From NCBI GenBank assembly GCA_964016885.1, contig OZ024750.1, positions 35,154,001 to 35,218,000 of the forward strand: DNA of 64,000 nucleotides. Reading direction: 5' to 3'. This DNA is from Eledone cirrhosa. Its lineage: Eukaryota. Below are positions 40,071 through 53,150 of this stretch, one piece after another. Both the position numbers and the translations under genes were made by a program. Under the pieces are notes generated by a model. It was given only the letters and a program-made list of their open reading frames with translations. It did no database searches and was not told the origin of the DNA. Each line of letters starts with the position of its first letter. The stretch's first letter is position 1.

Positions 40071-42460
40071 TGTAATTTTGAAAATATATAAAATGTGGCC
40101 CGTTAATGTAAAAAAATATTCGTCTTTTCTTATAAACAATTTGGTTGACTCTGGCTTACATATGTCAAACATTATATTGACTGGAACACCTTTGTGTTAT
40201 TTCTTATTATAACAAGTTATTGAAACACAAATGGAAATTGAAGTAGTATATGCTCTTATAGCAGGATATATACACAAACTAAAGTATTTAGGCACGTGGC
40301 TTAGTTGTTAGAGACTTGGATTCATAATAGTGAGGGTGTGTGTTTGATTTTTGAACCAGGCGATATATTATGTCCTTGAGAAAGACACTTTATTTCACAT
40401 TGCTCTTTCTGACAGGAGTTGCAACCAATAGATAGTATCAGCAAGGGAAAAAAAACAATGAAAACATTGTTTCCTTGATCTGATTTGATTAGTTCTACCA
40501 CACTCAGTAAGCAGGTGAGGTTTGGCCTCTTGTTGCTAGAATAAAAAAATGTTTAAAAAGAAATAATGTGCACAGTTACATTTTTGGTTTAAAAATCTAG
40601 AAAAAGTGTGTATCTATAAATATAAATTTCTGCAATTCTGTCACAACACATAAAGAGAGAGGAGTAGTTTGACTACCTCATACTACTTCTCTTTCTTTAT
40701 GTCTGTTGCCTGTGTGAATGTATTTGTGTATAAATGGAAGGAAGGGGATAGTGAAGAAACTACACTGTGTATGTGAGTGTATGTGTGTGTTTGTGTAAAT
40801 GTATGTGTATGTGTTTGTGTGAATGTATGTGTGTGTGTTTGTGCGAATGTGTGTGTTTGTGTGAGTGTATGTGTGTGCTTGTGTGAGTGTTTGTGTGTGT
40901 TTGTGTGAATGTATGTGCATTTGTGTGAATGTATGTCTGTGAGTGTGTATTTTTGTAAGTGTGTCTGTGTTTGCATGTTTATATTTATATACTCATACAT
41001 ATTAATGTATGCATATGCACATACATACATGCATACACATATACACATACACGCCAGCGTGTTGAAAAAAATTCTAGTTAAATAAACATAGATATGGTAT
41101 ATCCACTACAAATCAACATAGCCTGAAATTTTCTCATTAGAAACATAGCATTAGTAGCAGCCAATTAATTACCGTGCTATTAATTTATTCATGCATTATG
41201 ATTTATTATAGGGCAGTGGATTGGCAGTATCGGTTGAGGGTCGGACGCCATGCTTTGACGCATAGAGTTATAGCCCTTTCCATTCTGAGTTCAAATCCCG
41301 CCGAGATTAACTTTGCCTTTCATCCTTACGGGGTCGATAAAATAAAGTACCAGTAATGTACTGGGTAATTGCTGGCCTTGTGCCAAAGGTAGAAACAATT
41401 ATGATTTATTATATTTGGATTGGCAACAGAATTGGTAGAGCGTCAAACAACCTGCTTTGTGGCATATAGTTACATCCCTTTATGTTCAGAGTTCAAATTC
41501 CTCTGATGTTAACTTTACCATTCATCCTTACGAGATTCGATATAATAAAGTACCAGTAATGCACTGGGATCAATTTAATGGACTTCCTTAAAATTGTTGG
41601 CCTTGTGTCTAAATCAGGAGCCATTATTATTTATCATTTTGATTGTTTTCTCTTCTTTTTCTGCTTTCTCATCTCTTACTATTAAGTGAAATTAACTTAG
41701 AAGTTAAGGGCTGAAACACTTGCTTGAGGGGGTTTCTTCTCTGAAGACCTTCTGCTGTCCAACTCTCGTAACAGTTTCTTACCAATATCCAAATCTATTC
41801 AGATGAGAGGCCATTTTATTTTTCTGAATCCTTCAAATCCATTCTGCCATTTAACAACTATCAGCTTCTTCAACCTGACACTCATTTCACAGAAATATCA
41901 ATGATATTATCATATCTATATATGTATGTAGGGACCTGTAACTTGAGGTGAAGTTGTAAGAGTTCCATATGGTGTGTCTTGGACATTTAAAACCTGGTAG
42001 AACCCATTCCATCTCCAGGCCTGTACATAGCCAATTTCTTCCAAAGAAGAGATATAGAGGAAGTAAGAAAGAAGTGTAGAAGTAGTGTGCAGGAGAGAAG
42101 ACTGCATTGGTATGGACATTGATGTACATGGATGATGATTAAAGACCAAGTAAGACCTAGATGGAAGTGGTGAGAGCTGATCTCAGATCACTAAAGCTCA
42201 GAGAGGAGATGACAAAGGAACATGACAAGTGGAGAGATGCTGTACTGAGAAGGACCTGTCCAACCCATGCAAGTGTGGAATAATAGGCGTAAAATAATGA
42301 TGATGATGATGATGAATCGACCTATGTACCAAACTGGTAATTTATTTTTTTATTGAAAGAAAAAAAAAAGCAAAGTTGATATCAGTCAGTAGGATTTGAA
42401 ATCAGAGAGTGCAGAGAATTCGATGACCATCTCCTCAGTACTGTCTTGGTCTGTGTAAAC

Positions 42461-42886
42461 CAGTGGTTCCCAACCTTCTGTGCCCACCTCAATATCTCAA
42501 ACATTTTTATGCTCTAATTTGGGGCGAGTTTCACTGGACGGGGAATCAAGTAAAGTTCTTACATTCCAGCATCCAATATTCAGAGGTTTGAACCTCAATA
42601 TCTCAAACATTTTTATGCTCTACTTTGATATGAAAACAGTGATAACCAACTACAAAGTATAAACAAATTGGCATATGGGTGATGCCAGATGCATAATAAC
42701 ATGTGAGGAGGAAGTGAGACAGGAGTTTACAACATTAATTTGTTCCAAAGTAGCCTTGGTGTAAAAGTAATAAGGTAAAACCTGAAGTTTGCTCTCATTA
42801 ACATCATTTTCAAATTGCCTCGCTTGAATATTCATATTGACCCCCCTGTGGGGCATCTCCCCCCCCCCCCCCATTGGGAATCACTG
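42461..42886. mobile_element. hAT-type MITE
   Basis: TIRs cagtggttcccaa/ttgggaatcactg; 8-bp TSD gtgtaaac/gtgtagac (one mismatch). Confidence 0.8.
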
Positions 42887-44179
42887 GTGTAGACCCATCC
42901 AACCCTTGTTATCAGGGAAAGCGAACATTAAAACGACACAACGATGATGATGATGTCTGCAGCGCATTCTAATGACTCTGCCAATTCATTACTTCCATAA
43001 ACGTATCTATTAAAAGATGTATCAAGCTATTGATGTTTACTGAGAGCAAAAGACAAGCAAAGAAGAGATGTATTCTACATTACTCCAGCTTTTCATGAAC
43101 ACTTGCAAATTAAACGACCTGTCTATCATTAATAGGGAAAGACAACATCCAGGAAACTCTCAGACTTAATACAGAAAAGCTACACCAGGTGGAGTTGGAG
43201 ACTTAACAAAGAAAAGTGAGAGATTGATTACCAAATAGGATTGTTTCTGACATTTGATTAGTTTGTAAAAGGATTTCTTTGCAATTTATTTGTGGAACAT
43301 GATGTAGAAAACAGGATATTTCCAACATCATATTCAACCTAAACCTTCTAAATATATATTTTTACTCACAGTAAAAATGTGAAACTTACTGGTCCTGTTC
43401 TTACTTCATATGCTACAACAAAGCTCCACAAAGCAAACACTTGATGTTGTTGTAGACTGGCTACACACGTTTTTCATTGATTTCCTATAAAACAACCCCA
43501 AAAATTAAAATAAATAAATAAATAAGAAAATAAAATGAATAAGAAAATAAATAAAAACAAGGCACTAAGCATTGTTCAGGCATTTTTATTGTTTTGGCAG
43601 TAACTTAATTTCAACAGTAAATTTCAAATGAAATTCATCTCAAACTTTTGAACATAAAATTAAATCAGTAGACATATAATTATAAAACCAATTTAGATAT
43701 GATAGCTTTCAGTATTTTTTTGTGTGTTGTTTGTTATCAAGTCTGACACAACCCCTATCATATATATTCATAGTATTTGTCAAATAAAATAAATTGGATG
43801 TAGATTTCTCTCAAATTTTATTCTATCTTTGTTTTTACTACTTGCTTGTCTTTCTGACATGTTGCAAATAAACATTACAAGGTTTTCCCTATTAGATGTT
43901 TACTCTCCTTTTTTTCTCTCTGAATCAACACTACCTATAAATGTCTGGATCTATTTTGGTTCTATCAGTAACAAGGCAAATCCTAAGAGTAAATCCTAAA
44001 TAAATTTCAAAGTATGTGTGACTTGAGAAGCAAATGGCAAACTTTACACACAAAATATTGGTAATCCAATTTTATCGTTCTAAACAAGGAATCCCTAATA
44101 GTTATGTCAAGTTCCATTGTGTTTTAGCTATATATATATATATATATATATATATAGCTAAAACACAATGGAACTTGTG

Positions 44180-45013
44180 CAATAACTAGGGTAAGAACGG
44201 GATGGAAGAAGTTTAGGGAACTACTACCACTGCTAGCTGCAAAAGGCTTCTCCCTCAGAATGAAAGGCAGACTGTATGATGGGTGTATCCGAACAGCGAT
44301 GTTGCATGGTAGCGAGACCTGGGCGCTGAAGGTGGAAGACTAACGTAGATTAGAGAGAAATGAAGCCTGCATGCTCCGATGGATGTGTAACAATAATATA
44401 CGTGAACGACAAAGCATAAATGAATTGAGAGAGAGACTGAGCATAAGAGGAATCAAATGCTGTGTGCAGGAGAGGCGGTTGCGCTGGTATGGACATGTGA
44501 TGCGTATGAAGGATGACAGCTGCATAAAAAGGTGCAGAGCACTAGAAGTTGATGGAAACCGCGGAGTGGGGAGACCCAAGATGACCTGGGATGAGGTGAT
44601 AAAAGCCGACCTTACCCAATTACACCTCTCAAAGACAATGACACACGACCGTGACTTCTGGCGTCACGCAGTAATACAGAGTACCCGACCTCCCATGGGT
44701 ACAAGCTGAAGCATATAGACAATATGCCCCCACACCCCCCACTGCAAGGTGGTCGTGGAGGTGCCACGGCAAAAAAGCACCCAGCCCACACTGTAAAGTG
44801 GACGTGTAGGCGCCACGAAAAAGCACCCAGCACTCACTGTAAATGAGGTTGGTGTTAGGAAGGGCATCCAGCTGTAGAAATCAAGCCAAATCAGTTCCTG
44901 TATGAGCAAGGCATGGTCAGCCGACCAGACACTGCCCACAACAGGACAACCCATCTAACCCATGCTAGCGTGGAAGAACGGACGTAAAACGGTGATGATG
45001 ATGATGATGATGA

Positions 45014-45016
<3 letters not shown>
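44180..45016 (+). mobile_element. 5'-truncated RTE LINE with complete 3' UTR and (GAT)n tail
   Basis: RVRTGWKKFRELL..MLHGSETW..ERRLRWYGHVMR..GRPKMTW; the 3' UTR matches the SINE family 2 tail. Inverted copy at 48506-49192; older fragments at 42085-42315 and 53680-53995. Confidence 0.92.
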
Positions 45017-45082
<66 letters not shown>

Positions 45083-45474
45083 GGAGGCACATGGCTTAGT
45101 GGTTAGAGCACTGGGCTTGCAATCGAAAGGTTGTGAGTTCAATTCTCAGACCGGGTGATGTGTTGTTTCCTTGAGCAAGACAATTTATTTCACATTGCTC
45201 CAGTTTACTCAGCTGTAGAAATGAGATGATAGGACTGGGGTCCCTATCATTCCACTGCAATGTGATCGTGGAGGTGCCATGGCAGAAAAAAAGCACCCAG
45301 CCCACACTGTAAAGTAATGTGTAGGCGCCATGGAAAAAAAGCACCCAGTACTCACTGTAAATGAGGTTGGTGTTAGGAAGGGCATCCAGCTGTAGAAATC
45401 AAGCCAGAATCAGTTCCCATCCCACCCTTGCAAGCAGGAAAAAGTGGACGTAAAATGATGATGATATATATATA

Positions 45475-45517
<43 letters not shown>

Positions 45518-45766
45518 TTATATATATTATATATATATATATTACATATATATATGTTATATACATATATGTATATATATATATATATATTATATATATT
45601 ATATATATATATATTACATATATATATGTTATATATATATATGTATATATATATATTATATATATTATATATATATATATGTGTGCTGAATAAGACCTGT
45701 CCCACCCTTGCAAGCAGGGTAAACGGACGTAAAATGATGATGATGATGATATATATATGTATTTAA

Positions 45767-45797
<31 letters not shown>

Positions 45798-45849
45798 TCA
45801 TTCATCATTTCATTTTACGTCCGCTTTTTCCCTGCTTGCAATTAGAACA

Positions 45850-47458
45850 ATTAGAACAGACTCAGCTGCTGGACCTGACGGATTCACAGCAGTCCTCTTA
45901 AAAACTCTTCAGAATCTCCTTGGCTAGTGGTATACTATCCAGGGAGCTGAAAGAAGGCACAATATGCCCTATCCATAAAGGAGGTAGTAGAGCGGAGGCC
46001 AAGAACTATAGGCCAGTCTCCCTGACGTCGCATATCAGTAAGGTCATGGAGCGAGTTGTCAGAAAGAAACAGATCACTTTCCTCGATGAAAATGACCTCC
46101 TGACTAGCACGCAGCATGGCTTTTGCCCAGGAAGAAGCTGCCTTACACAGCTGTTACATCACTACAACTGGGTACTGAAACAACTGCTAGACAGCTCACA
46201 TGTGGACGTGGTATATCTTGACTTTGCGAAGGCCTTTGACAAGGTCGACCACGGAATGATATGTCACAAACTACGCGGACTCGGCATAACTGGAAAAGTA
46301 GTTGAGTGGCTGCATGACTTCTTAAAGGACAGAACCCAGACAGTTGCAGCAAACGGGGCCCTCTCAAAGGAAACATCAATAACAAGTGGGGTGCCCCAAG
46401 GGACAGTCCTGGGACCACTACTGTTTTTGGTGGCTCTCTCAGACATGCCCTCTGTAGTACATACAACAACATCCCTCACTAGCTATGCTGATGACACTAA
46501 GGTAGCACAGGCAATCAAAAACCCGACTGACACTGCCCTTTTACAACAAGGTCTGGATGCCATATACAAATGGGCAGAAGAAAACAACATGCAGTTTAAT
46601 GCTGGCAAATTCCAAGCCCTACAATACAAACCTGTTAACACAAATACAATACAACACAGCTACGCAGGACCAGGAGGGACCGATATCCCCATGTCAAAAT
46701 CAATACGAGACCTGGGTATAGACATGAGCGATGATGCATCTTTTTCCTGACACATCATGAAAGTGGCGACAATGTGCAGACGACTCACTGGCTGGATCTT
46801 GCGGACTTTCTGGACAAGAGACTGTGACACCATGTTGACACTATGGAGGACCTTTGTCCTAAGCCGCCTGAACTATTGCTCCCAATTGTGGTCACCCCTT
46901 AGTGTCAAACTAACCACAGAGCTTGAGGCAATCCAACAAAGCTACACCAAGAGGATTGCCATGATGAAGGAGATAAGCTATTGGGAGAGGCTAAAAGAAC
47001 TGAACCTCTACTCCTTGGAACAAAGACGGGAGAGATACGCAGTGATCTACATGTGGAAAATCCTGGAGGGACTAGCACCAAACTTTGGCATTGGGAGCTG
47101 GACCAACCGTCGAACAAGACGTCACTTTGTGGTGCCAAAGGTCCAATCTTCTAGAATAAGGAGTAGATATTGCAATAGCCTGGGATTCAAGGGCCCACAA
47201 CTCTTCAACAAGATGCCGAGGGATCTGAGAGATCTGCATAGTGTGGCAAGGTCTTCAAGAAACATCTCAACACCTTGCTATCCAGGATCCTGGATGAGCC
47301 CACAGCAAGGCGCGAGGGAAACCTCAGGGCAGCAGCAACAAACTCCCTCTTACACCAGTGGCCAACCAATACAGGCTGGAGATAAAATCTGTAGCAACAA
47401 GGGCGGTGCCCCAGCATGGCCTCAGCCGGATGGCTGAAACAGGTAAAAGACTAAAAGA
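45850..47458 (+). pseudogene. CR1/L2-group LINE, 5'-truncated ORF2 with reverse transcriptase domain
   Basis: NYRPVSLTSHISKVME, QHGF, YLDFAKAFDKVDH, GVPQGTVLGPLLF, YADD, DLGI. In-frame stop at 46748-46750 and a later frameshift. Confidence 0.95.
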
Positions 47459-47553
47459 GTATATATATATATATATATATAACTAAAAATATATATATAC
47501 ATATATATATACACACATATACATATATACACACACACATATATATACATATA

Positions 47554-47629
<76 letters not shown>

Positions 47630-47664
47630 CTTATATATATATACACATATACTTATATATATAT

Positions 47665-48440
47665 ACTAGCAGCAGTACCCAGCGTTGCCTGGGTAGGTAA
47701 AATAATATCTGCTTTGATGAAAAGGTGTTGATCTTAGCGACTGCTTCTCGATGACTCATCTATGACCACACACAGACCATGCGGGGGAGGGTGGTGATGA
47801 TCTCTATCACTGAGAAACGTGGGTGACTGACGAAGGGGCATGCTGGGGGAGGGAGTTTCGAATTTGAATGAAATCGGTTGAAAAGTGTGGAGCTAGCGCC
47901 AAAAAGGCAGAAATTTGAGCGATAATGTGGTATTTTCGAATATTTAAGCGGCTGCAACGCCGTTCCTGAACAAAAAATCCAAAATGTAAAGCCACTTTAA
48001 GACGTGAAAGAATCAGATCTCGCGTAGTGTAAAATTTGAACAAAGTAGGTTGATTAATGTGGGAGCTAAAGCCAAAAAAGTAGAAATTTGAGTCTAAAAG
48101 TGGTATTTTTGAATATTTAAGCAGCTGCCACGCCGTCCCTAAACAACAAATGCAAAATATAAAGCCATTACAGCATGTGCAATGATAAATTCTATTTTGC
48201 TTTAAAATATGAATGAAATAGCCAAAAATCTTATTTTTCGATACCTAAAAAAAGGTGACCCCCCCTATCGATTTTTAGCTGCAGAATGAAGCCGGAATAA
48301 AAAAAACGATAAGCTGATATATAGAAAACACTCCCCGATGAGTAATCTATGAGCCTGTAAAATTTCATGAAAATTGGTCGTAAGATGTAGGCCCCTATAG
48401 GTAATACACAGACACAGACACATACTTAATTTTATATATA
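47665..48440 (-). mobile_element. Non-autonomous Helitron
   Basis: Minus-strand 3' end has the hairpin ACCCAG-gcaacg-CTGGGT, an 8-nt spacer, then CTAG|T. The 5' end is tatataaaattaagtatgtctgtgtctgtg. Internal ~180-bp duplicated segment. Confidence 0.65.
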
Positions 48441-49191
48441 TATACAGATATATATTAATATATACATATACGCACACACACACACATATAATATACGTAT
48501 ATATATCATCATCATCACCATCACCGTTTTACGTCTGTTCTTCCATGCTAGCATGGGTTAGACGGGTTGTCCTGTTGTGGGCAGTGTCCCATCGGCTGAT
48601 CTTGTCATGCTCATACAGGAACTGATTCTGGATTGATTTCTACAGCTGGATGCACTTCCTAACACCAATCTTATTTACAGTGAGTGCCGGGTGCTTTTTT
48701 TTCTGTGGCGCCTACACGACCACGTTGCAGTGGGAGGGTGTGGGAGCACATCGTCTATATGCTTCAGCTTCGGCTTGTACCCATGGTAAAGTCGGGTCTT
48801 CTCCAGAGGACACGGTCGTGTGTCATCGCCTTTGAGAGGTGCAATTGGGTAAGGTCGGCTTTTATCACCTCATCCCAGGTCTTCTTGGGTCTCCCCACTC
48901 CGCAGCTTCCATCGACTTCTTGTGCTCTGCACCTTTTTATGCAACTGTCATCCTTCCTATGCATCACATGCCCATACTAATGCAACATCCTCTCCTGCAC
49001 ACAGCATTTGATTCCTCTTATGCTCAGTCTCTCCCTCAAATCGTTTACGCTTTGCCGTTCGCATATATTACTATTACACATCCATCGGGGCATGAAAACT
49101 TCGTTTCTTTCTAATCTACGCAACTCTTCTACACACAGCGCCCAGGTCTCACTGCCATGCAACATTGCTGTTCATATGCATGCATCATACA

Positions 49192-49800
49192 GACTTTTGG
49201 GAGGCTCCCATACAGCTCTGAGTTTTTCATCCTCAGTGTATACTGATTAATGTTCAGAGCCATCCTCAGCATTCTCGTGTACCATCCATCCACCATCTGA
49301 GTGAGTTTCTTGGTCAGTGTCCAAGTCTCAGACCTGTACAGCAGCACAGACTCCACTACAGCAATGAAGAGGCAGATTTTCAGGTCTTTACGAAGGTTCG
49401 ACTTCCACACCGATCTCAAGCTGTGGCACGCCGCCCAGGCTTTGCTCTTCCTCTCAACCACATCAACTTCCGTATTCCCAATCTTTGCTCCCAAATACAG
49501 GAAGTCCTCAACCAATTCTAGCGGCTTCCCGCCTACATTAGGGATCTCCTCTGGCTTCTCAACATTCTCTACCAGATATTTTGTTTTAGTCTCATTCATT
49601 CTCAGCCCACACTCATCGACACAGTCTCAACCTCCCGCATCAAATCCTCTGCCTCCTTCACTGTATTTGTCACTAAAACTATGTCGTTGGCAAATTCAGC
49701 ATCTGATATCTTTTTCGCCTTATCTCTCCTGCTCTGAGCCGGTAAAGCCAGAGTCTTGGTGTTTCTCCAGTGCAAGGCGCATGCAATAGTCCACTACGAT
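49192..49800 (-). pseudogene. LINE (RTE-group) RT C-terminal fragment, second family
   Basis: MNETKTKY..LELVEDFLYLG..SKAWAA..VESVLLYRSETWTLT..RMLRMALNI; second copy at 58294-58612 (+). Confidence 0.85.
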
Positions 49801-49827
49801 GATAAAAGGTATATATATATGTATATA

Positions 49828-49859
<32 letters not shown>

Positions 49860-49874
49860 CATATATATATGTAC

Positions 49875-49921
<47 letters not shown>

Positions 49922-50058
49922 TATATGTATATACATATATATATATATACATATACATATATATATATGTATATATATATATATGTATATATATATATGT
50001 ATATATATACATATATATATATACATATATATATGTATATATATATATATATATACAC

Positions 50059-50133
<75 letters not shown>

Positions 50134-50150
50134 GATATTTATTAAAATAA

Positions 50151-50224
50151 CAGATTAAAGTTTAAGCAAAGAATCACTGCTTTCACCCATAACGGGATCT
50201 TCTGAAACTAAAAAAATCAATCTG
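50151..50224 (-). ncRNA. Type I hammerhead motif, family A (second copy)
   Basis: CAGAUUGA..AGUUU-CAGAAGA-UCCCG(UUA)UGGGU-GAAA-GCA(9 nt)UGC-UU-AAACU-UUAAUCUG. Confidence 0.6.
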
Positions 50225-50358
50225 CGAATGCAGAAGTAAATATTTCGAAAACCGAAGGAAAACAGGCAGACGATACTTTGGTTCATGAAGACGTTCCCTT
50301 TATAAATATATATGTATATATAATATAAGATCAAAAGATGGTTAAAAGAGTTCCATAT

Positions 50359-50427
50359 ATTTTATTATGCGCATTTCAAAAACAAACATCATCAAGCAAT
50401 AATATTTGTGTTTTCATCAGATAAAAC
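50359..50427 (-). ncRNA. Type I hammerhead ribozyme, family D
   Basis: GUUUUAU-CUGAUGA-16-bp stem II (AAACACAAAUAUUAUU/GAUGAUGUUUGUUUUU, loop GCUU)-GAAA-UGCGCA-UA-AUAAAAU; stem III is palindromic (AUGCGCAU). Confidence 0.78.
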
Positions 50428-50489
50428 AGGAGAACATGATATGAAGGCTAAAAAACACTTGTGGATAGTGCAGTTTTAAATCAACATAT

Positions 50490-50525
<36 letters not shown>

Positions 50526-51305
50526 CAACACACCACATACATATCAGTTTGACAAGCACACCTCAGCGTGAAAGGTCGTTCTAAAAACGAAACAATACCT
50601 CCTACGTTAACCAAGAACTCCTAAGACCTAACCAACAACCAACAACTTAATTTATAAAATAATTTTTTTTAAGAAAAAATTTTTTCTAATCCGGAAAAAA
50701 ATTCTTTTTGGATTTTGTGAAGAAAATAAATTTGTTGAAAGCACAAGTGAAGCCATTTTTTTCTTCCCCCCTGTCTTAATATATATATACATATATATAC
50801 ACATATATATACATATACATATGGTAATAATAATAATATTCTGCGTTCAAATCCCACCGAGGTTAACTTTGCCTTTCATCCTTATGGGCTCGATAAAATA
50901 AAGTACCAGTAATGCACTGGGATAATTGCTGCCCTTGTGCCAAAAGTAGAAACAATTATTAATAAATGGAGTATTAAAACAGCCTTACCAGATGGCTAAG
51001 AGCTCAATGCAATGGGGTTCTACTAGATCTGTTATATACTGATTTAAAAAACACCAAAGATTCAAGGGACGAGGTTTAGGTCGACTGGCTTGATTTCTAC
51101 AGCTGGATGCCCTTCCTAATGCCAACCTCATTTACAGTGAGTGCTGGGTGCTTTTTGTCGTGACACCTACATGACCACTTTACAGCGAGGACTGGGTGCT
51201 TTTTAACATATATATATAACAAAGGAATTGTGGTAAGGAACCAGATGGACCATAACGCACCAGAGTACTCAATACTTAGGGTAGTAGAGTGGGAAATAGG
51301 AAAAA

Positions 51306-51338
<33 letters not shown>

Positions 51339-51653
51339 AACACATACACATACACACACACATATATTTTTTTTTTTTTTTTTTAATAAATAACATAATC
51401 TTTTGTGAAAATTATCATTGATTTATTTTTTCTCAATTTCAAATTTCTCAAATTGGTATTTTCTATTTATCTTATTCATTTCAAGTGAGACCAATCATAT
51501 TTATGTTTGAATATGTGGATATTTTCTTTAAAAAATGTTAACACAATTTCCATTGCTTGCTTAAATGATTTCTATAGAATTATAAAACCTTCCATTTCAA
51601 TATAGGCTATGTAATTCCTTTGAAATCCTTATTAAAATGTCACTCACTTTTTC

Positions 51654-51828
<175 letters not shown>

Positions 51829-52006
51829 GATAAATCTACCAAGAGTTTACGGTAGTGTCCAATCCGTATGAAGAACTCAATGTATTCCGGATATCATGGA
51901 AAGAAGAGATGTAATGAAAATCCAATTTCGGTGAAAGATAAACGGTATACAGAGTCAAGATAAAATAAATAATGAACAAACAATTCCTTATATTAAACAA
52001 AAAAAG

Positions 52007-52161
52007 TTCACTATTTAACGATCGTTTCTAGGGCATATATGTGCTATAATTGGTATGCATATTTAACAGATCTATGTACAAAATTATACAAAATTATACA
52101 AATTATCAAGATTAAATATACATACCTAACTCATATATACGCCGTCTTCAGAAATAATGAA
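52007..52161 (-). ncRNA. Type I hammerhead motif, family E (left arm)
   Basis: Mirror image of 52836-52990. Confidence 0.65.
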
Positions 52162-52835
52162 GTATATTTATTGATAATAACAACAATTCAAAATATCAGT
52201 TCAAAATTGACCAATGAAAACACAAAGGGTTAAAAAGCAGTTTGGTGTGTGTATATACATGTAAAACCCTACACACATTTTACAATAATGTGTGTATAAT
52301 ATGTATGTGCATACTAAAAAGATGGATGCAAATAAAAAATTTCAAGGTTAATATCTCTGTAAGCTTAATGCGCTGATAAGATACGCAATGATACTTATGT
52401 AGTCAAGCATATAAATATATTTTTTCTTCATACTCACACATATCAGTATAATCACACATACATGTGCGTATATATATAAATATACACATAACCACGAACA
52501 CGTGGTTATGTGTATATTTATATATATACGCACATGTATGTGTGATTATACTGATATGTGTGAGTATGAAGAAAAAATATATTTATATGCTTGACTACAT
52601 AAGTATCATTGCGTATCTTATCAGCGCATTAAGCTTACAGAGATATTAACCTTGAAATTTTTTATTTGCATCCATCTTTTTAGTATGCACATACATATTA
52701 TACACACATTATTGTAAAATGTGTGTAGGGTTTTACATGTATATACACACACCAAACTGCTTTTTAACCCTTTGTGTTTTCATTGGTCAATTTTGAACTG
52801 ATATTTTGAATTGTTGTTATTATCAATAAATATAC

Positions 52836-52990
52836 TTCATTATTTCTGAAGACGGCGTATATATGAGTTAGGTATGTATATTTAATCTTGATAATTTGTA
52901 TAATTTTGTATAATTTTGTACATAGATCTGTTAAATATGCATACCAATTATAGCACATATATGCCCTAGAAACGATCGTTAAATAGTGAA
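52836..52990 (+). ncRNA. Type I hammerhead motif, family E, with very long stem II
   Basis: Stem I UUCAUUAUUU/AAAUAGUGAA (10 bp); CUGAAGA (52846-52852); 116-nt hairpin (GGCGUAUAU/AUAUAUGCC, GGUAUGUAUAUUUAA/UUAAAUAUGCAUACC); GAAA; palindromic stem III ACGAUCGU; GUU site. Confidence 0.65.
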
Positions 52991-53033
52991 CTTTTTTTGT
53001 TTAATATAAGGAATTGTTTGTTCATTATTTATT

Positions 53034-53110
<77 letters not shown>

Positions 53111-53117
53111 CACACTC

Positions 53118-53150
<33 letters not shown>

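Larger units (their letters stand above)
51960..53037. repeat. Long palindrome, 537-bp arms, 4-nt loop
   Basis: Centre accacg-aaca-cgtggt (loop 52497-52500). Mirror ORFs 52039-52233(+) and 52764-52958(-) are identical. Confidence 0.98.

Noticed and set aside
43390-43484. Minus-strand exon-like segment (ttttatag...gtaagt)
   Set aside because: Stops in all three frames and no supporting neighbouring exons; at most a non-coding exon.
45082-45155. tRNA-like sequence (also 23585-23658 and 26915-26990)
   Set aside because: Head of a multicopy SINE; the acceptor stem does not close.
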